From positions 75,777-139,776 of IMG/VR virus record IMGVR_UViG_3300008107_000017: DNA of 64,000 nt. One strand, given 5' to 3'. This document shows, piece by piece, positions 58,453-64,000 of this stretch. Made by a program: the position numbers and the translations under genes. Below the pieces are notes generated by a model. That model was not told where the DNA came from and did no database searches. It saw only the letters and a program-made list of their open reading frames with translations. The stretch's first letter is position 1, and each line of letters starts with the position of its first letter. Source of the stretch: a virus.

Positions 58453-59610
58453 ATGGCATCAATTACAACTCTCTCAACCGAAATGTTTAACCAGGCTAAA
58501 TCGGAAGCCATCGGTAAGGAACTCATCCGTAAAGAAATCACACTAAGTGAATTCAACGTGGTTGACAACAACCACATTCAAATCGATGGTATTACCATTG
58601 AAGTTACCGATAAGGCATTCTCCAAACTACTTGGCCGCCTTCGTATTCCAAAGGCCTTCGCTAAACGCTTCTCTGAAGGGTTCGGTAATGATGGACTTCG
58701 TCAATTGGTAACAATGATGAAAACGGCAAAGTCCACTGCCAATGATCAAACGGTAACCTTATTGGTGGATCCATCCACTCGTAAGATTACTGATATTCTA
58801 CCTGCAGGGTATGCCTCAATCTCGCAAGAATCTTTCTTCGATTTTGCATCCCGCTATATTGACCAATACAATCTGGGAGTAACTCACGTTGGTTCCTCTG
58901 CGTATGGTGGATCTCAAATCAACTGTGTATCACCGCATGGTATTCTACGTGTACCTGGTATGGATAAGGAAATCTTCCAAACTGGAGTAACCTTCCGCAA
59001 TACACCTACCCGTGGTCTCGAGGTTAGTCCATATCTGAATCGTCTGATTTGTACCAATGGTATGACATCAACTGCATTCGCAGAGAACTATGGTTTACAC
59101 AGTCTAAACGATAAGAGTATCCATGAGTTCAACGAACATATGATCCAAATGGCATCTACCGGGTTCCAACCAGTTGGCCTCGCTGATAACATCCGCAAAG
59201 CTGTTAATACCGATGCCTCTCTGGCCGAAATGCAAAAAGCCGTATCGGCAATCCTTTCCACAGGCGAACAGGTTGACTACGACTATATCCAAAGGTATAT
59301 TCCTATCGACCGCGCAATGAAAGCCTATGAAATGGCAGGTACAGAACCTTCTACCTTTACTCAAATGCAATTGAAAAATGCTAAGAGTGGAATGAGTGTC
59401 TGGGATGTCGTAAATGGTATGACCAATTTTGCATCTAACGATACAAGGTATAACCTGGATCCAAGCCGTACAGGGAATCTAATGGTAACCGCCGGTAATA
59501 TCCTAACTAAAAAGCAATACGATACTGAAGGTCTCCTTAAGGTGGATCCATTCGCTACTCGCGAACTCCTTACTGCTGCTGAAGCCGCTCGTGTACGCGG
59601 AGACCGTTAA
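58453..59610 (+). CDS. DUF932-like protein
   Basis: FRN...LNRLICTNGM; WDVVNGMT. Confidence 0.6.
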   Translation: MASITTLSTEMFNQAKSEAIGKELIRKEITLSEFNVVDNNHIQIDGITIEVTDKAFSKLLGRLRIPKAFAKRFSEGFGNDGLRQLVTMMKTAKSTANDQTVTLLVDPSTRKITDILPAGYASISQESFFDFASRYIDQYNLGVTHVGSSAYGGSQINCVSPHGILRVPGMDKEIFQTGVTFRNTPTRGLEVSPYLNRLICTNGMTSTAFAENYGLHSLNDKSIHEFNEHMIQMASTGFQPVGLADNIRKAVNTDASLAEMQKAVSAILSTGEQVDYDYIQRYIPIDRAMKAYEMAGTEPSTFTQMQLKNAKSGMSVWDVVNGMTNFASNDTRYNLDPSRTGNLMVTAGNILTKKQYDTEGLLKVDPFATRELLTAAEAARVRGDR

Positions 59611-59645
59611 TATACTAAGTCCTGGTTTATCCGTTTACCCCAGGC

Positions 59646-59671
59646 AGGGACCCCAAAAGGGTCCCTTTTTT
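59646..59671 (+). terminator. Rho-independent terminator
   Basis: AGGGACCC-CAAAA-GGGTCCCT + T run. Confidence 0.9.
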
Positions 59672-59689
59672 GTGCTCTAAAAACCCTTG

Positions 59690-60455
59690 ATAAGAAATCT
59701 GCTGTATTGGCGAAGCAAGGGTTCCCTGGATAAGCCCAAAATACACACATTTTTAGGCACTTCTAGACACACTCTAGAGCGGCCTCTAGCAGGACTAGGT
59801 CTAGAAGTGCCTAAAAACACACATATTTTCACACTCTAGAGGGCTTCTAGTGGGTAGTGGCGCTAGATTCCGTCTAGATTCACATCTAGAAGGGTGCTAG
59901 AAGGCCCAATTCAAGGTAATTAGGGTAATATAGGCGCTACAAGCCACAGAGGGTCTAGCCTCAGCTAACACCACCACCCGGCAGCTTAGCCAAAAAACAC
60001 CCTAGAGAGCATAATCACTGTCTACCAGGTCTACAGGCCCTACTGCCACCCTAGGGTCTACTACCGCCCTACAGGCCACTACAGGCCCTAGACTGCTTGC
60101 TACAGGCTCTAGACATGGATCCACCTGTATATAGTAATCTAAGCTATAGTGGACCTGATCATGGAGCGGTGGCCCTATTATAGCTAGAGTGTGGACCGGT
60201 CCCTAGGGACCTGTATGGCCGGTGTGGAGGGCTGACTAGTGGATCTCTTGGGATTTCTCTCGAGGGTCCCAAAGAGAACGGTTCTCTTAGAGTGTAAAAT
60301 ATGCTTGCCAGCCAGATGTGGGTCCAGGCCCATGGGCAGGTCTAGTCTAGAAAAATTTCCGGCCGGAATCCAGAACCCGGTCTGGAACTAGGTCTATTCC
60401 GGACACTTTTAGTCCAGAAAAATTTCGGGTCCGGTAGAACCGCCCTAGTGGAAAC
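59690..60455. other. Structured non-coding region, candidate replication origin
   Basis: About 23 CTAG in about 690 bp; 19-bp perfect inverted repeat (59750-59768/59799-59817); CTACAGGC x4; C-rich to G-rich flip near 60130. Confidence 0.5.
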
Positions 60456-60521
60456 CGTGAAACCTTTTTCATGCTAAGCATATAATTACTATAAATTCGT
60501 TAACAACAAAACCATAACAAA

Positions 60522-60758
60522 ATGGCAAACAACATGAACAGACCAAGTGTCTACCAGAAGTTAAGCTACATGCAAAAGCTGGCTAACTACAATCAACGCA
60601 AACGCAACGGTGATGTGACTACCCTTGCAGGAAGAACCGGTTACAGTACCACTCATGTCAGTGATGTACTCAACGGCAAGTACTCAAACGAGCGTATCAT
60701 GAACGCGGCATATGACCGTGGTCGTGGTCGCCAGATTAATGTCCAACTGGTTGGTTAA
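60522..60758 (+). CDS. Small HTH DNA-binding protein
   Basis: VTTLAGRTGYSTTHVSDVLNG (LacI/Cro-like HTH); class II promoter at 60460. Confidence 0.7.
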   Translation: MANNMNRPSVYQKLSYMQKLANYNQRKRNGDVTTLAGRTGYSTTHVSDVLNGKYSNERIMNAAYDRGRGRQINVQLVG

Positions 60759-60767
60759 TCCGCCAGC

Positions 60768-60826
60768 GGAGGCAGTGTGCTGGGGTTACCAGGCGGTTTT
60801 CCCTGGTACGCTGCTCTCCTTTTTTG
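60768..60826 (+). terminator. Terminator-like hairpin
   Basis: GGAGGCAG...TACCAGG-N8-CCTGGTA...CTGCTCTCC + T6. Confidence 0.55.
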
Positions 60827-60839
60827 CAACTTTAAAGAT

Positions 60840-61538
60840 ATGAGTAACGATTGGCAAGGAAGAAGCCCCGAGAGGGTACGGAGAAATGAACTGGTTGCCT
60901 ACTGGTCTGTAATAGGTCTGGTGGTAACTGCATGTTTGGTATTAATTAGTAAATGTGGATCATGAGTAAAAATAAGTGGATAAGTGGATCTGTTAGTGGC
61001 CTGAGTGGACTACTGGCAGTATCGTATGGCGGGATGGCTTTGGTTGACGCACAATGTGGTGTTACCGGTCTACCGTTTTGGTTACACCTAGTCTGTTCCC
61101 TGGGATGGACTGCAAACAGTATTTTATGGATGGGAATCTGGAAAAGAGAAGGTTAAGCCTTGGGGAAAAGGTTCTTACTGGGGTTATGTACGCCTGGTTA
61201 GGAGCCATCGCAATTGCTCTGCTTGGCGGAGTGGCCCTAATGGTGGTTAACTTGGTGGGTATTAATCTTGGATGGTCATGGCTTGGATAACCTGGGCTGG
61301 ATCTCTGCTGCTGCTATGTCTGGTAACAGGGATAGCATTTGCTTTAGCAGTTGCGGTAATGGGGTACCTGTGGTTTAAGAGAAAGAGAAGGGCTGGAGGG
61401 ACCGGTTCAACCGGTCAGACTGGATCATGGGGCGACTCATTTGACAACTGGTACCCAGACTATCCCTTTACCGATTCCAAGGCCAAGGGCGAGAAAACTA
61501 TTAGACAAGAACCAGACAAGCATGAGGAAGAAGAGTAG
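60840..61538 (+). CDS. Cluster of four overlapping small TM proteins (60840-60965, 60953-61156, 61126-61290, 61272-61538)
   Basis: Each ORF has 1-2 hydrophobic helices. Confidence 0.5.
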
Positions 61539-61638
61539 AGTGGTCTATGTGCTGCAGATGTGCGACCGCCAGGGGAATGCTAAAAATGTGCTACAGACTG
61601 GGAAGACCACTAACGGACTAATCAAAAACTAAAAGAAA

Positions 61639-61926
61639 ATGAGAAAGAGGAAATCAGATAGGAAATTTAGGATCTGCAGAGCAACCTATACCAATGACAT
61701 GGGATTGGACTGCGAAACACACTACTACATCCAGAGACAGCAAAAGCTACTGGGTATTAGGTTATGGTGGTCTCCAGTACGACATTATGCTCTAGGTACA
61801 GAAGATCTAAACCGGATCACAATTACCTTTGATACTTATGAAGAGGCATATGCCTTTGCCGCTGCTCTTGAAAGCGGAATAAGACCTAACTCATGGAGAA
61901 CCGAGATCGTATCATACATTAACTAA
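61639..61926 (+). CDS. Hypothetical protein
   Basis: 95-aa ORF with A-rich leader. Confidence 0.6.
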   Translation: MRKRKSDRKFRICRATYTNDMGLDCETHYYIQRQQKLLGIRLWWSPVRHYALGTEDLNRITITFDTYEEAYAFAAALESGIRPNSWRTEIVSYIN

Positions 61927-61948
61927 TTAACCTTAACAAATTGCAATA

Positions 61949-62173
61949 ATGGAAACCAATCCTTATTTTGTTAGTTCACCGGTAGCCGGTAAAACTTACA
62001 AACTTTGGTCCCTTCCTACTGGAAGTTCTGTTGTTCGCCAAGGACTCTCAATTAAAAGCCGTGAATGCGGTCCTTTTCAAATTGAGAAGCAACACGGTAC
62101 CTATACCGTTTGCAAAACTTCTTGGGGATATCACTTCCACCTGGATGCATCGCTTGATGTAGTGGCGGCCTAA
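61949..62173 (+). CDS. Hypothetical protein
   Basis: 74-aa ORF. Confidence 0.55.
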   Translation: METNPYFVSSPVAGKTYKLWSLPTGSSVVRQGLSIKSRECGPFQIEKQHGTYTVCKTSWGYHFHLDASLDVVAA

Positions 62174-62180
62174 TCGGACC

Positions 62181-62253
62181 ACTCCTATAGCTCAATGGTT
62201 AGAGCAGGATCCTTATACGATCAAGGTTATGGGTTCGAGTCCCGTTAGGAGTA
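62181..62253 (+). tRNA. tRNA-Ile(UAU), CCA not encoded
   Basis: Acceptor ACTCCTA/TAGGAGT; D arm GCTC/GAGC; anticodon loop CT-TAT-AC; T arm ATGGG-TTCGAGT-CCCGT; discriminator A. Confidence 0.85.
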
Positions 62254-62273
62254 CTTAATAAAATAATAAAAGT

Positions 62274-62756
62274 ATGAACATATTTGATCACCCGGCATTT
62301 TCACAAGACAGTATTAGTTATAAGGTTGAAAATACTAGAATTGATTCACTAATACCTAATGCAATAAGTATTGGTGAAAACTTTATATCTGCGCCAGGTT
62401 CCTGGGTCTTGGCTCATGACTCTTCAATGATTAATCATATAGGAAAGGTTGCTGTTAAGAAAACAGTTATAGGTGATAATGTATTTGTTGGACTAAATGC
62501 AATTATTATGCCAGGCGTTACTGTTGGTGATGGTGCTATCATTGGTGCAGGTTCTGTTGTGACAAGAGATGTTGAACCAAATACAATAGTTGTTGGAAAT
62601 CCTGCAAAACTGGTATGTACCGTTAATGAATATGTTGAAAAAGTAAAACTAACAAGTGTTCTAGTTAATCCAATTAGTGGTGGAATTGAAGAATTTGTGA
62701 AATTTAGAAATGAATGGGAAGAATTGGCAGCGGCTAAAGACACCAATGATATATAA
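62274..62756 (+). CDS. Hexapeptide-repeat (left-handed beta-helix) acyltransferase
   Basis: IGDNVFVGLNAIIMPGVTVGDGAIIGAGSVVTRDV...GNPAK. Confidence 0.9.
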   Translation: MNIFDHPAFSQDSISYKVENTRIDSLIPNAISIGENFISAPGSWVLAHDSSMINHIGKVAVKKTVIGDNVFVGLNAIIMPGVTVGDGAIIGAGSVVTRDVEPNTIVVGNPAKLVCTVNEYVEKVKLTSVLVNPISGGIEEFVKFRNEWEELAAAKDTNDI

Positions 62757-62761
62757 ACTAT

Positions 62762-63385
62762 ATGTTAGATCAATACAAAGATATCGTCACCAAAGAAGCT
62801 GCCGCAGTCTCTAACATTCCAATTACTGAAAACTATAACAAAGCCATCTCACTCATTGTTGAAAGAGTACATAGAAGAGGTGGTAAACTTGTTTGTAGTG
62901 GAATGGGAAAGGCTGGACAGATTGCACTAAACATTGCAACTACATTTAGTTCCACAGGAACCCCTGCCGTGTATCTTCATCCAAGCGAAGCACAACACGG
63001 TGATCTAGGTATTCTACAGAAGAATGATATAATGTTACTCATTTCAAATAGCGGTAAGACTCGTGAGATTGTTGAATTAGTTAGTCTTTCAAAAAATCTC
63101 TATCAGGATATTCCTATTATTGCCATAACAAGAAATGAACATTCTCATCTTGGTAAATATGCAGATGTAACTCTACTTACTGGAGAAACTGAAGAAATAT
63201 GTCCTCTTGGATTAACTCCTACTGTGTCAACTACAGTTATGTCGGTTATTGGTGATTGTCTTGTATATGGTACTATGAAAGAGATTGATTTTACTAATGA
63301 TGAATATGCCAAAAGACATCATAGTGGATACTTAGGTTATAAAAGCAGAAGAGGCAATGGAATTGATAATCACCTATGGGAATAA
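62762..63385 (+). CDS. kdsD: Arabinose-5-phosphate isomerase (KdsD/GutQ SIS domain, no CBS)
   Basis: SGMGKAG, STGTP, HPSEAQHGDLG, SNSGKT, PTVSTT, RHHSGYLG. Confidence 0.9.
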   Translation: MLDQYKDIVTKEAAAVSNIPITENYNKAISLIVERVHRRGGKLVCSGMGKAGQIALNIATTFSSTGTPAVYLHPSEAQHGDLGILQKNDIMLLISNSGKTREIVELVSLSKNLYQDIPIIAITRNEHSHLGKYADVTLLTGETEEICPLGLTPTVSTTVMSVIGDCLVYGTMKEIDFTNDEYAKRHHSGYLGYKSRRGNGIDNHLWE

Positions 63386-63429
63386 AGTAAACCAAATGTT
63401 GAACAATCATATAAAAATAAATTGAAGTT

Positions 63430-63720
63430 ATGATCACTGAAGATAAAGCAGAGTTAAAGAGCGGAAAGGTACTTATAGACTTTTATGCAGATTGGTGTGG
63501 ACCTTGTAAGGTTTCAAAACCAAGAATTGAAAATCTTGGAAATACTAATGAAGAAGTTAAAGTCTATTTTTGTAACGTAGATGAAGATGGTGAAATGGCT
63601 AGCGCATTTGGTGTAAGAAGCATTCCTACACTAGTTTATCTTGAAGAAGGTGAAGTAAAAAATCGTAGTGTTGGAGTTTTAAGTGATCAACAACTTACTG
63701 ACCTAATCAATCCAAACTAA
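63430..63720 (+). CDS. trxA: Thioredoxin
   Basis: DFYADWCGPCK, VRSIPTL. Confidence 0.95.
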   Translation: MITEDKAELKSGKVLIDFYADWCGPCKVSKPRIENLGNTNEEVKVYFCNVDEDGEMASAFGVRSIPTLVYLEEGEVKNRSVGVLSDQQLTDLINPN

Positions 63721-63899
63721 TGCCGTTTTCAACAATCCTATTATATTATCTTACAATAGGCACCGTGTGTGCTATGTGCTTTGAGGTCTTAATGAAAAAG
63801 TTTGATATGACAGAAGAAACTGGCATATTTGAAAGACTTACCTGGATAGCAATGTGGCCGTACTATGTTTTAGTATTTTTTTGGGGCATGAGAAAATAA
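63720..63899 (+). CDS. Small membrane protein (59 aa)
   Basis: Manual ORF MPFSTILLYY...WGMRK*, TAATG coupled. Confidence 0.55.
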   Translation: MPFSTILLYYLTIGTVCAMCFEVLMKKFDMTEETGIFERLTWIAMWPYYVLVFFWGMRK

Positions 63900-64000
63900 A
63901 TCTTTCAGAACCTTTCTGGACCTGTTATATTTTTTCTGTAACAAATAAAAATAAAATGTACAACACTACAACTAAGGTAAACGACTTCGAAATGTTTACA

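Noticed and set aside
59690-60455. Vector polylinker contamination
   Set aside because: Sites are repeated and embedded in imperfect repeats rather than forming a unique-site array, and a motif is shared with 55331, which supports a native origin
185-62746. Minus-strand ORFs in the track
   Set aside because: All are short shadows of well-supported + strand genes, with no recognisable motifs
1-64000. Stop-codon reassignment (TAG or TGA recoding)
   Set aside because: Genes tile densely in the standard code; TAG stops (for example 4327, 16030, 24943, 55757) coincide with gene boundaries and conserved enzymes are full length

Overview
A 64-kb segment of a large AT-rich lytic dsDNA phage (jumbo/T4-like gene repertoire). 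Essentially all genes are on the + strand in the standard code. The host is probably a Bacteroidota member, inferred from TAnnTTTG-like -7 promoter boxes, A-rich starts without Shine-Dalgarno sequences, and a Bacteroides-type CBS-less arabinose-5-phosphate isomerase. Contents: a topoisomerase II tail, nucleotide kinases, two thymidylate-synthase paralogues (one with the Asp signature of dCMP hydroxymethylases), an ECF-type sigma factor, PhoH, an endolysin, a collagen-like fibre, glycosylation genes (GT2/GT25/GT32, KdsB, KdsD, methyl-, acetyl- and carbamoyltransferases, 2OG-Fe(II) oxygenases), ClpC-like ATPase, GuaB-like enzyme, UvsE, MgsA, thioredoxin, Hsp20 and tRNA-Ile(UAU). Highlights read from the sequence: (1) 16 unrelated proteins share an N-terminal MK-x-(I/F)-x-x-(F/Y)-x-x-F-(L/I)-x-E-type leader resembling the T4 capsid-targeting sequence, and several look like polyproteins of small modules joined by ESxNE linkers; (2) three promoter classes, including 14 copies of AAAC-N16/17-ATATAA that fit the encoded ECF sigma; (3) a roughly 95-110-bp stem-loop/operator/promoter cassette repeated 6 times between early genes; (4) an approximately 0.8-kb CTAG-saturated, palindrome-rich non-coding region beside an HTH gene, a candidate origin. 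Family calls come from motif recognition only; no database searches were run.
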